This document shows, one piece after another, positions 7,804-15,925 of a stretch of DNA of 59,112 nucleotides; positions within the stretch are counted from its first letter, which is position 1, and each line of letters starts with the position of its first letter. This DNA comes from a virus (lineage: Duplodnaviria; Caudoviricetes): IMG/VR virus record IMGVR_UViG_3300047564_002154, positions 1 through 59,112 of that record. One strand, given 5' to 3'. The position numbers were made by a program, and so were the translations under genes. The notes below the pieces were generated by a model. It saw nothing but the letters and a program-made list of their open reading frames with translations. It searched no databases and was not told the origin of the DNA.

Positions 7804-8357
7804 CACACACTTTCGGTCACGCTGGCGTATGCAGATTTACTCGTGATGATGGTGTAACAAAATTAAGACCATGGACAGATCCAGATGAGATGGATGAATA
7901 CATGGTAAAAGTTTGGAACGAAACCGTGAAGCCGAATGACAAAGTTTATCACTTGGGTGATGTAGTGATTAACCGTAAAGCATTGGGTGTCATGAAACGT
8001 TTGAACGGTGATAAAGTTTTAATTCGCGGTAACCATGACATCTTTAAAGACGATGAATATCGTGAATACTTTAGAGAACTTCGCGCATATCATGTGATGA
8101 ATGGTATGATTCTTTCTCACATACCGTTGCATCCAGATTCTCTTGGTCGTTTTGGTGTCAATATTCATGGACACTTACACTATCAAAGAGTCATGAAAGA
8201 CGACGGTTATGGTGGTCATGTTATTGATACTAGATATCATTGCGTCTGCGTTGAACAAACTGATTATCGACCAATTATTTTTGAAGACGTTCTTAAACGA
8301 ATCAAAGACGAAGGTGGAGAAGTTGGATTCCGTAACGGTAATGGTCCAGCGATGTGA
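7778..8357 (+). CDS. calcineurin-like metallophosphoesterase requiring a +1 frameshift at 7811-7814
   Basis: SDTHF^GH, LGD, GNHD, HGHLH motifs; GGAGG SD at ATG 7778. Confidence 0.85.
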
Positions 8358-8361
8358 TTTA

Positions 8362-8393
8362 GGAGAGTGGGCAGGATGGTAATGCAGCGGATT
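8362..8393 (+). pseudogene. 5' half remnant of a tRNA-Ser
   Basis: GGAGAGTGGGCAGGATGGTAATGCAGCGGATT breaks at the anticodon loop. Confidence 0.6.
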
Positions 8394-8415
8394 CATTTTT
8401 AGAAGAAAAGAAATT

Positions 8416-8508
8416 GGTGAGTTGGATGAGTGGCTGAAATCGGCACCCTGCTAAGGTGTTAGTCATCTAAACAATGGCTCGTGGGTTCGAATCCCACACT
8501 CACCGCCA
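8416..8508 (+). tRNA. tRNA-Ser(GCT)
   Basis: cloverleaf, long variable arm, CCA. Confidence 0.92.
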
Positions 8509-8570
8509 GTTGCAAACGCTCGCATAATTTAATATAACGAGTGTGTGAATAATTATTTTATTGGAGCGCC

Positions 8571-9326
8571 ATGAATATACGCAAAGCCTGGGGTGAGATT
8601 ATATTCTCAGAATATAGATTGTACATGATACAGTTGCAATGGCCATCTGATGGATGGGATGAATACTGTGTTAGATTAGTATTCGCTTTTTGGCGATTCT
8701 ATATTTCCATTAATCTATGGAGAACCAAACCATGGAAAGATTTTGAAACACAAGCGCCGCGTTACGGTGTATCATTTCATGATTCTATTATTTGGCTATC
8801 GTATGGTGCTGACCGATCATTTAATATTAATATGCCATGGAAATGGGAGATCGTAAGGCATGATCTGTTATATCCAAACGGTGAGGTTTATCATAGAAAT
8901 AAATATCCGATGCGCACACCAGCACAAAAGAAACGCGAGATAACCTGGTATGATGTGTTTGAAAAACACAGTAATCGTCAAGATGAAGTTCAAGTTCTTG
9001 TTGCAAAATTTATCACTCTGACGCGGCACACTAAAGATGGTAGAAAACAGATTGCCAAAATTCGTTTGACTGGAGAAGAACGAGAGTGGAGATGGAGATG
9101 GTTTAAATGGTTACCTTGGCCAAACCTAAAGCAACGTGTCGTAAATTGTGATTCTGATGTTGAACTGGGAGAAAGAGCCGGTAGCTGGAAGGGTGGTATG
9201 ATGGGTTGGAGTATTCCATGGGAAGTCTGGGGAAGGGGTATACTCGATCCCAGTATTCCATGGGAAACTGATGACACCATGCAAAGAGCCTTTTGGAAAT
9301 GGTATAAAACATGGGATGGTAATTAA
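8571..9326 (+). CDS. Trp-rich hypothetical protein
   Basis: 251-aa ORF, GGAG SD. Confidence 0.75.
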   Translation: MNIRKAWGEIIFSEYRLYMIQLQWPSDGWDEYCVRLVFAFWRFYISINLWRTKPWKDFETQAPRYGVSFHDSIIWLSYGADRSFNINMPWKWEIVRHDLLYPNGEVYHRNKYPMRTPAQKKREITWYDVFEKHSNRQDEVQVLVAKFITLTRHTKDGRKQIAKIRLTGEEREWRWRWFKWLPWPNLKQRVVNCDSDVELGERAGSWKGGMMGWSIPWEVWGRGILDPSIPWETDDTMQRAFWKWYKTWDGN

Positions 9327-9402
9327 TATAATTCATCCTTGAACGTCTGTTGTGAAAATATTTGTTGACATGCAAGAATAAATGTGGTATAATAGTTTAG
9401 AC

Positions 9403-9486
9403 GCGAGTGTGGTGGAACGGTATACACAGCAGACTTAAAATCTGCCGCCGCAAGGCTTGAGGGTTCGAGTCCCTCCACTCGCACCA
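9403..9486 (+). tRNA. tRNA-Leu(TAA)
   Basis: cloverleaf; TTGACA-N17-TATAAT promoter just upstream. Confidence 0.93.
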
Positions 9487-9508
9487 GTTAAAGAAAGTGA
9501 TAGCGAAT

Positions 9509-9877
9509 ATGAAATTGACTTTTGTATACAAAATTCTTCCTGCGCTAGTGCACTATACAGATAATATTAAAAATGGATTCGGTGGAATCGTGAATGGACC
9601 TTATGTTCGCATTCGTCCGAAATATGAAGGTGTGGACGAAGGATTGTTTCAGCATGAATTGACGCACGTCAAGCAGTGGTATAGAACTCTCGGAACGCAC
9701 GGAATTTGGTATATGTGTTCTGAGACATATAGGTTAAACTGCGAGATAGAAGCATATAAGGTTCAAGCATCTTACTATAATTATGATGCGTTTCCTTGGA
9801 TGGCGAAGATGATTGCTTCTAAGTATAATATAACGAAATATTCTGAAAACCAAATTTTAGATATGTTGCGGCATTGA
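9509..9877 (+). CDS. HExxH-motif protein (possible zinc metallopeptidase)
   Basis: HELTHVKQW...EIEAY. Confidence 0.65.
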   Translation: MKLTFVYKILPALVHYTDNIKNGFGGIVNGPYVRIRPKYEGVDEGLFQHELTHVKQWYRTLGTHGIWYMCSETYRLNCEIEAYKVQASYYNYDAFPWMAKMIASKYNITKYSENQILDMLRH

Positions 9878-10004
9878 TTCCTGTTGAAGTTATATTAAAT
9901 CCAGCAAAAATAATGCTTGACTTATATACATAATTGAAGTATAATATGTCTTATGATAGTTAATCAAAACACGTTATAACTAGATACACGCAAAGGAGTT
10001 CGCG

Positions 10005-10199
10005 ATGGAAAAGTTCACAGCACACATTCGACTGGCGACTACCGCATACCCTAAGTTCGTAGTTATTGTGCGCGAACTAAAGTTCGACACTATACGTCAA
10101 AGTGAATGCTATGTGACAACAATTGTGCGAGAATATAGCTATCGGCGATCCGCTGAGAAATTTGCTGAACAGTATGGATGGAAACCAGAACAACCTTGA
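10005..10199 (+). CDS. hypothetical protein
   Basis: AAGGAG SD, upstream TTGACT/TATAAT promoter. Confidence 0.65.
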   Translation: MEKFTAHIRLATTAYPKFVVIVRELKFDTIRQSECYVTTIVREYSYRRSAEKFAEQYGWKPEQP

Positions 10200-10214
10200 T
10201 GCGGTATTGAATAT

Positions 10215-10290
10215 ACGGCTGTAGCTCAGTGGACAGAGCAGTTGGCTTCTACCCAATAGGTCGGGAGTTCGAATCTCTCCAGCCGTGCCA
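10215..10290 (+). tRNA. tRNA-Arg(TCT)
   Basis: cloverleaf, CCA. Confidence 0.92.
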
Positions 10291-10305
10291 GTTATGATAT
10301 GAATT

Positions 10306-10380
10306 GCGCCGATAGCTTAATGGTAAAGCGAAGAACTCATAATTCTGGGAGTGTAGGTTCAATTCCTACTCGGCGCACCA
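10306..10380 (+). tRNA. tRNA-Met/Ile2(CAT), elongator type
   Basis: cloverleaf, G1-C72 paired. Confidence 0.88.
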
Positions 10381-10386
10381 AGATAT

Positions 10387-10461
10387 GCACAGATGACAGA
10401 ATGGTAATGTCGCAGTCTGCAAAACTGTTGTTCGCGAGTTCGATTCTCGCTCTGTGCTCCA
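10387..10461 (+). tRNA. tRNA-Cys(GCA)
   Basis: cloverleaf, U73, CCA. Confidence 0.92.
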
Positions 10462-10667
10462 GAAAGTTGTTGACTTAATTGTATGCTTCGTGTATAATTA
10501 TGTTTGTTAGGTTGTTTGAAGTTTTTGTTTATCTCATAAGACCACTCTAAGTCGGCAGTCGAATCTGACGCGTGTGGCATAAACAAGTGGCATTGAAGAA
10601 TACGCGCAGTTGTGTTCTTCCCACTAATGAGTTTGGCAGATACTCTAAAAACAACTGCCCCTTTTTC

Positions 10668-10752
10668 GGAGATGCGGCTAAGTTGGAGGGTGGCGGCTGA
10701 CTGTAAATCAGTTTCTTAGGACTAATAGGTTCGAATCCTATCATCTCCACCA
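10668..10752 (+). tRNA. tRNA-Tyr(GTA)
   Basis: cloverleaf, long variable arm. Confidence 0.9.
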
Positions 10753-10758
10753 ATTTAT

Positions 10759-10833
10759 GGCTTGGTCGTATAAAGGTTATTACTTCGGATTGTCTATCCG
10801 ATTATCGGGGTTCGATTCCCCGCCAGGTCGCCA
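10759..10833 (+). tRNA. tRNA-Asp(GTC)
   Basis: cloverleaf, CCA. Confidence 0.92.
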
Positions 10834-10906
10834 AGTTTTTAGGGTTCTTTCAGCAATTTAAAAATTTTCACTGTTATTGAAAACATAGCGAATCTTGTTT
10901 AGTATT

Positions 10907-10980
10907 GCCCTTTTAGTTAAATGGTATAACAGTTGACTTGTAATCATCAATCGTTGGTTCGATTCCATCAAGGGGCACCA
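10907..10980 (+). tRNA. tRNA-Thr(TGT), copy 1
   Basis: cloverleaf, CCA. Confidence 0.92.
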
Positions 10981-10999
10981 AGTTTATTGAAAGGAAATT

Positions 11000-11359
11000 A
11001 TGTACTGGGGATACCACTTAATGCTTGATTGTTCTGAGTGTGATGTTGACTCAATGAAAGACAAGCAAAACATTTATAATTTCGTTAAAGTGCTGATTCA
11101 AAGAATCGATATGGTTGCGCATGGTGAACCTATCATTGAATTTTTATGCCCAGGCGATGAAGGTAAAGAAGGGTATAGTTTGATGCAATTGATTACTACA
11201 TCATGTATAACAGGACATTTTATTGATCATCATGGGCACATATATATTGATGTGTTTAGTTGTAAAGAGTTTGAAGCTGATGTAGTGAAACGAACAGTAC
11301 AAGAATTTTTTGGTGCTAAAAAGATGAGAATGAATTTTATCACCAGAAATGCAGATTGA
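11000..11359 (+). CDS. speD: S-adenosylmethionine decarboxylase-like proenzyme
   Basis: GYHLMLDC, GYS..QLITTSCITGHF, IDVFSCK. Confidence 0.8.
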   Translation: MYWGYHLMLDCSECDVDSMKDKQNIYNFVKVLIQRIDMVAHGEPIIEFLCPGDEGKEGYSLMQLITTSCITGHFIDHHGHIYIDVFSCKEFEADVVKRTVQEFFGAKKMRMNFITRNAD

Positions 11360-11360
11360 T

Positions 11361-11434
11361 AGCGGGGTAGAGAAACGGTATCTCAGAAGTTTCATATGCT
11401 TCAGTTGGTGGTTCGACTCCGCCCTCCGCAACCA
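11361..11434 (+). tRNA. tRNA-Met(CAT), initiator-like
   Basis: A1xA72 mismatch, A11-U24; anticodon stem lacks the 3 G-C pairs. Confidence 0.8.
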
Positions 11435-11659
11435 AAATTAGTCCCGCGATGGCTATGACTGATCATCCCTATTCAGTTATCCACACTTCCGCGAGGTAGG
11501 TGAAAGCCCTATCATTAAAAATATGCGAGTGATGGTGGACTTCGCATACGGACTTCTAGACCTGAGGATCGTCGTCCAATATTAAAAAGACACAATATTC
11601 TCTGTTTAGGGACAGAGAGCATTGTTGAGAATATTATAACAGTATTTTCAATAATGATT

Positions 11660-11733
11660 GCCCTTTTAGTTAAATGGTATAACAGTTGACTTGTAATCAT
11701 CAATCGTTGGTTCGATTCCATCAAGGGGCACCA
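11660..11733 (+). tRNA. tRNA-Thr(TGT), copy 2
   Basis: identical to 10907-10980. Confidence 0.92.
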
Positions 11734-11741
11734 AGTTTTCT

Positions 11742-11818
11742 CGGAGTATAGCACAGCCTGGTAGTGCGCATGGTTTGGGACCATGAGGTCGTAGGTTCGA
11801 TCCCTACTACTCCGACCA
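11742..11818 (+). tRNA. tRNA-Pro(TGG)
   Basis: cloverleaf, CCA. Confidence 0.93.
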
Positions 11819-11857
11819 TTGAATGATAAATGTTTTATAAGTAGTAGACAGTTTAGC

Positions 11858-11942
11858 GCGGATGTGGCGTAATTGGTAGCCGCACTGGATTTAGGTTCCA
11901 GCGAGTAAAATCGTGTGAGTTCGAGTCTCACCATCCGCACCA
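11858..11942 (+). tRNA. tRNA-Leu(TAG)
   Basis: cloverleaf, long variable arm. Confidence 0.93.
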
Positions 11943-11949
11943 GATTTAT

Positions 11950-12024
11950 TCCGAGATAGCACAGCGGTAGTGCAGAAGACTGTTAATCTTTTGGTCGTAG
12001 GTTCGATCCCTACTCTCGGAGCCA
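11950..12024 (+). tRNA. tRNA-Asn(GTT)
   Basis: cloverleaf, CCA. Confidence 0.93.
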
Positions 12025-12030
12025 TATTAT

Positions 12031-12104
12031 GGGGGATTAGTATAATGGGATTACGGCAGCTTTGCAAGCTGTTTATGAGAGTTCGATTCTCTCATCCTCC
12101 ACCA
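12031..12104 (+). tRNA. tRNA-Ala(TGC)
   Basis: cloverleaf, G3-U70. Confidence 0.93.
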
Positions 12105-12114
12105 AGTTTAGTTT

Positions 12115-12188
12115 GCCCATATAGTTAAATGGTATAACATCGGTTTAGTAATCCGAAATTTGCAGTTCGATTCTGTGTATGGGCACCA
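12115..12188 (+). tRNA. tRNA-Thr(AGT)
   Basis: TCGGT-TTAGTAA-TCCGA; D arm identical to the Thr(TGT) copies. Confidence 0.85.
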
Positions 12189-12239
12189 GTATTTCGTTAG
12201 TGTATGTTGGCAACACCATTGTCACGAGATGTAGAATAC

Positions 12240-12314
12240 GCGGGTAAGGTGTTTATGGATACATTCGAGTCTTCCAAACTTGAGTAGTCGGATCGTTACC
12301 GACTACCCGCTCCA
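12240..12314 (+). tRNA. tRNA-Gly(TCC)
   Basis: cloverleaf, atypical T loop ATCGTTA. Confidence 0.85.
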
Positions 12315-12330
12315 ACTTTATGGTATAATC

Positions 12331-12579
12331 ATGAAAAATACAGCACAGTTCCAACTAATTCAACAGACAGCTCCACATATTGCAGAAAAGATGGAATTGT
12401 TTTGGGGTACGCAATATTTTAGTGAATATGTCAATATATTGATGGTCAACACTGGAAATGGTAGAGAAAAATTGGACCAGAATGTTTTTAACGCAATTTA
12501 CGAATTGTTAAAACAACATGAAAAACTACACCCACGCGATGTTAAAACAAATGTGTGGGATGGTTATTATAAGTGGTAA
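12331..12579 (+). CDS. hypothetical protein
   Basis: PHIAEKMELFWGT motif; ATG 12331. Confidence 0.7.
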   Translation: MKNTAQFQLIQQTAPHIAEKMELFWGTQYFSEYVNILMVNTGNGREKLDQNVFNAIYELLKQHEKLHPRDVKTNVWDGYYKW

Positions 12580-12590
12580 TAAAGAATAAT

Positions 12591-12663
12591 ATCTCTCTGG
12601 TGTAATGGCAGCACTGCATTCTCCAAAACTGTAAGTGGGGGTCGAGTCCCTCGAGGGATGCCA
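12591..12663 (+). tRNA. tRNA-Trp(CCA), degenerate
   Basis: acceptor and D arm intact; mismatched anticodon stem, T loop lacks TTC. Confidence 0.6.
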
Positions 12664-12764
12664 AGAACATGCAAAAGAAGGCAAGAGCATGTCCCGTCTG
12701 AACAACGGAACTAAGGGTGTGTGACTACCGAACCCCGGAAACTAAAATGGTCGGTGCCGAATAT

Positions 12765-12839
12765 GCGGGTGTGGTGCTAATGGTAACACATATCCTTGCC
12801 AAGGACAAGTTGCGGGTTCGATTCCCGCCACCCGCTCCA
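12765..12839 (+). tRNA. tRNA-Gly(GCC)
   Basis: cloverleaf, CCA. Confidence 0.9.
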
Positions 12840-12869
12840 TAATTTTCAATGAGGTACTAGGGTGTAATC

Positions 12870-13355
12870 ATGAAACAAATCAATATTGATGAAGTAAAAA
12901 CGTTCATTGAAGCGCAAAGTCCCGAAACCAAAATCTACATCGGTGCAGACTCTGAACGATTTCTTATCGGTGATGACTGGTATGCGGATTACACTCTAGC
13001 TGTTGTAGTACACATTGATGGTAAGCATGGATGCAAAATCTTTGGTGAAGTCCAAAGAGAGCGTGACTGGGATCAAAAGAAAAATCGTCCACGTATGCGC
13101 CTTATGAATGAAACAATGAAGATCGCAGAATTATATTTGAAATTGCATGATGTGTTGGAAAACAGAGATGTGCAGATTCATCTGGATATATCACCAGATC
13201 AATCTAAGGGTTCTTCATGCGTGATTCAAGAAGCCACTGGATATATTCGTGGCACGTGTAATGTTATACCAATCGTTAAACCCAACGCTTGGGCAGCAAG
13301 TTACGCAGCGGACAGACTAAAGTTTGTTTTAGATAACCAAAAGAAGGTTGTTTGA
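12870..13355 (+). CDS. RNase H-like YkuK (DUF458) family protein
   Basis: IYIGADS, RLMNE, IHLDI, KP.AWAASYAAD. Confidence 0.85.
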   Translation: MKQINIDEVKTFIEAQSPETKIYIGADSERFLIGDDWYADYTLAVVVHIDGKHGCKIFGEVQRERDWDQKKNRPRMRLMNETMKIAELYLKLHDVLENRDVQIHLDISPDQSKGSSCVIQEATGYIRGTCNVIPIVKPNAWAASYAADRLKFVLDNQKKVV

Positions 13356-13409
13356 GATAAGGGTTGATGTCTGAGTGCTTTGTTATTATAAATAATAAAA
13401 GGAGGAATT

Positions 13410-14132
13410 ATGTACTTTTATGTTTATAGAATAACCTGCACCGACGAACGATCTACAGAGAAATACTATTATGGGTATCGCTCTTGTAAATGTCACCCAT
13501 CAAAAGACACTTACATGTCTAGCAGTAAATATGTTAACGCGGCGATTGATGCCTATGGGATAGATAAATTCAATAAAAAGATTTTATTTATCTTCAATTC
13601 TCGTGAGCAGGCATTAAAGATGGAAATGCGATTACATGAAAAGTTCAATGTTGCGAACAATCCCTTATTTTTCAACAGATGTAATGCTACGGAATTTGGG
13701 TTTTTAGTTGGTTCATTATACACTAAGGGTAAGACGTATGAAGACATGTATGGCGAAAATCTAGCGCGAGAATTGAAACAGAGACGTTCAGAAGCGATGA
13801 AATCTCACTCCAAAATCAGAAATTATGATAAAGAAAATAATCCTAACTTCGGCAATAAGTGGAGCGATGAACAGAAAAAACAACTGTCTGAAAAACTTGG
13901 CGGCGATCGCTCTAAGATAAAGGGTTCATTTTGGGTAACTGATGGGAATACTAACATTAAGCTCAAAAAAGGTTCTCAAATACCAGAAGGTATGTATAGA
14001 GGTAGGGTTGTGAATAATAACCCACCAAATCATAAAGGGATGAAATGGTACAACAATGGAGTCATTAACATCGTGTGTGCGCCAGAAGTAGTTCTAGACG
14101 GGTTTGTTGTTGGGAAATTAAATAATATTTGA
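13410..14132 (+). CDS. GIY-YIG (Seg-like) homing endonuclease with NUMOD-type repeats
   Basis: YVYRIT..KYYYGYR..YMSSS; NPNFGNKWS; late promoter TATAAATA 13387-13394. Confidence 0.88.
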   Translation: MYFYVYRITCTDERSTEKYYYGYRSCKCHPSKDTYMSSSKYVNAAIDAYGIDKFNKKILFIFNSREQALKMEMRLHEKFNVANNPLFFNRCNATEFGFLVGSLYTKGKTYEDMYGENLARELKQRRSEAMKSHSKIRNYDKENNPNFGNKWSDEQKKQLSEKLGGDRSKIKGSFWVTDGNTNIKLKKGSQIPEGMYRGRVVNNNPPNHKGMKWYNNGVINIVCAPEVVLDGFVVGKLNNI

Positions 14133-14183
14133 CTATTATACCTAGTTATGGTATAATACCTGTATTAATTCAGGAGATTTGTG

Positions 14184-15260
14184 ATGCGTAAACTTGCTAG
14201 TGTTCGAAAAATTGATGCAATTGTAGCCATCGAGGGCGCAGACGCGATTGAAGTCGCGATTGTCGGTGGATGGAAAGTTGTTGTCAAGAAGAATGAATTT
14301 GCAGTCGGTGATCTCGCTGTATATTTCGAGATCGATAGCTGGATTCCTACTGAGTTGGTTCCATTCCTGAGCAGAGGTAAAGAGCCACGAGAATACTACG
14401 GTGTTAAAGGTGAGCGTCTGCGCACTGTTAAGCTGCGCGGTCAACTAAGTCAAGGTCTGCTGATGGCGGGGACTATATGTCCCACTGGACTGATGGTACA
14501 CAGACCAGACTCTATGGCTCATATATTCCAAGAAGGTGATGATGTTTCAGAGTGGTTGAATATCCAAAAGTGGGAAGCTCCAGTGTCTGCCCAGCTAGCT
14601 GGGCAAGCCAAAGGTAATTTCCCTACTGTAATTCCTAAAACTGACCAAGAGCGTTGCCAAAATCTTGTACAAGAGATTAATGACGCAGTCGCGCTGGGAT
14701 TGGCTTTTGAAGTCACAGAGAAGTTGGAAGGTAGCAGCATGACTTGCTATCTGATTGATGGTGAGTTTGGAGTGTGCAGCCGCAATATTGACCTAAAGGA
14801 AACTGATGGTAATGCTTTCTGGGCAGCTGCGCGCAAGGAAGGTATTGAAGAAAAAATGCGCGCATGTTTCACGTCACGTGACTTCGCTACCAAGGGTGAC
14901 TTCGCTATTCAGGGTGAACTGATTGGTCCAGGGATACAGGGTAACATTTACAATCTGAAGGAAACAGAGTTCCGAGTTTTTGATGTTTACAACATCTCTG
15001 GCGGTTTCTACATGATGCCTGCTATTCGTCGTCATTTGATTGATGCAATGGGCTTGAAGCATGTTCCTGTTCTTGCTGCGGAAGCAAAACTATACGACAC
15101 TCTCGGCATTCAAGGCGTTGACGGGCTGTTAAAGTTCGCTGAAGGTAAGAGTGTTATAGGTCTTAAAGGTTGCGAGAGAGAAGGCGTTGTGTTTAAAGAG
15201 TGCAGTGATGCTATAACGTTCAAATGCGTGAGTAACCGATATTTAATGTCAGAGAAATAA
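14184..15260 (+). CDS. RNA ligase, DRB0094 family
   Basis: RKLAS, YFEIDS, LRGQLSQGL, KTDQER, EKLEGSS, QGELIGPGIQGN, EGVVFK. Confidence 0.92.
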   Translation: MRKLASVRKIDAIVAIEGADAIEVAIVGGWKVVVKKNEFAVGDLAVYFEIDSWIPTELVPFLSRGKEPREYYGVKGERLRTVKLRGQLSQGLLMAGTICPTGLMVHRPDSMAHIFQEGDDVSEWLNIQKWEAPVSAQLAGQAKGNFPTVIPKTDQERCQNLVQEINDAVALGLAFEVTEKLEGSSMTCYLIDGEFGVCSRNIDLKETDGNAFWAAARKEGIEEKMRACFTSRDFATKGDFAIQGELIGPGIQGNIYNLKETEFRVFDVYNISGGFYMMPAIRRHLIDAMGLKHVPVLAAEAKLYDTLGIQGVDGLLKFAEGKSVIGLKGCEREGVVFKECSDAITFKCVSNRYLMSEK

Positions 15261-15576
15261 TAAGGGTATAAAACCCATGCAAGGGTGTAGGACAGCGTAG
15301 CATGTACGGAGTTGCGGAGGCTTCCGCGTAAATCTCCCGAGGGCAGGGATTCGCTGGGCTAGTAAACACTAGCCACCATTTTCAAGCATATTCTTTGAGG
15401 TCTTGGTCGTTACCAGCGTGGCAAAAACGGCGACAGAGTATGCTTCAATGTGGTAAAATATTTTTTTCAAAAAAACACGAGAATTTTATGGTTCTGAAGA
15501 TTTTTTTGACTAAATACTATTAGGGTCTCACAGAAGATCCATTCCCAATAATAATAAAAACAAAGAGGAATTCAAT

Positions 15577-15834
15577 ATGCGCAAGCGCGTCAAAACAATC
15601 ACAGAAGTAACCCATGAACATGGTGTTGTTTCACTAGATATCCCACTGTATGAAACTCTTTTAGAACACGTCGGTCATGAGTCCGTCACGGACAAACACA
15701 TCGATATGTTAATCGAAAAGACTATCAAGATCACAGAGGAAGAAGAAGGTGATGCATTAACCCATGAACATCTACCAGCTTTAACTGCTGGGCAACCAAT
15801 GACTCCAGCATTGGCTGAAGTAACTTCTTCTTAA
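15577..15834 (+). CDS. His/Glu-rich hypothetical protein
   Basis: GAGG SD, late-type ACTAAATA upstream. Confidence 0.7.
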   Translation: MRKRVKTITEVTHEHGVVSLDIPLYETLLEHVGHESVTDKHIDMLIEKTIKITEEEEGDALTHEHLPALTAGQPMTPALAEVTSS

Positions 15835-15925
15835 AATAAAAAGAATTTGGTTAATACCAAGTCGCTTGGTGATGGCGTTCATCACTTTAAACTCTCGACA
15901 ATAAAAACAATAAAGGAGAATCAAT

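Noticed and set aside
6931-7814. Group I intron in the phosphoesterase gene
   Set aside because: No room for a catalytic core around the ORF, no U/omega-G splice junctions that restore the frame, and the 5' end is duplicated with its own SD.
5437-12762. Theta/HDV-like or hammerhead ribozymes after tRNAs
   Set aside because: I could not find the nested double pseudoknot or the CUGAUGA/GAAA cores by eye; a covariance-model search is needed.
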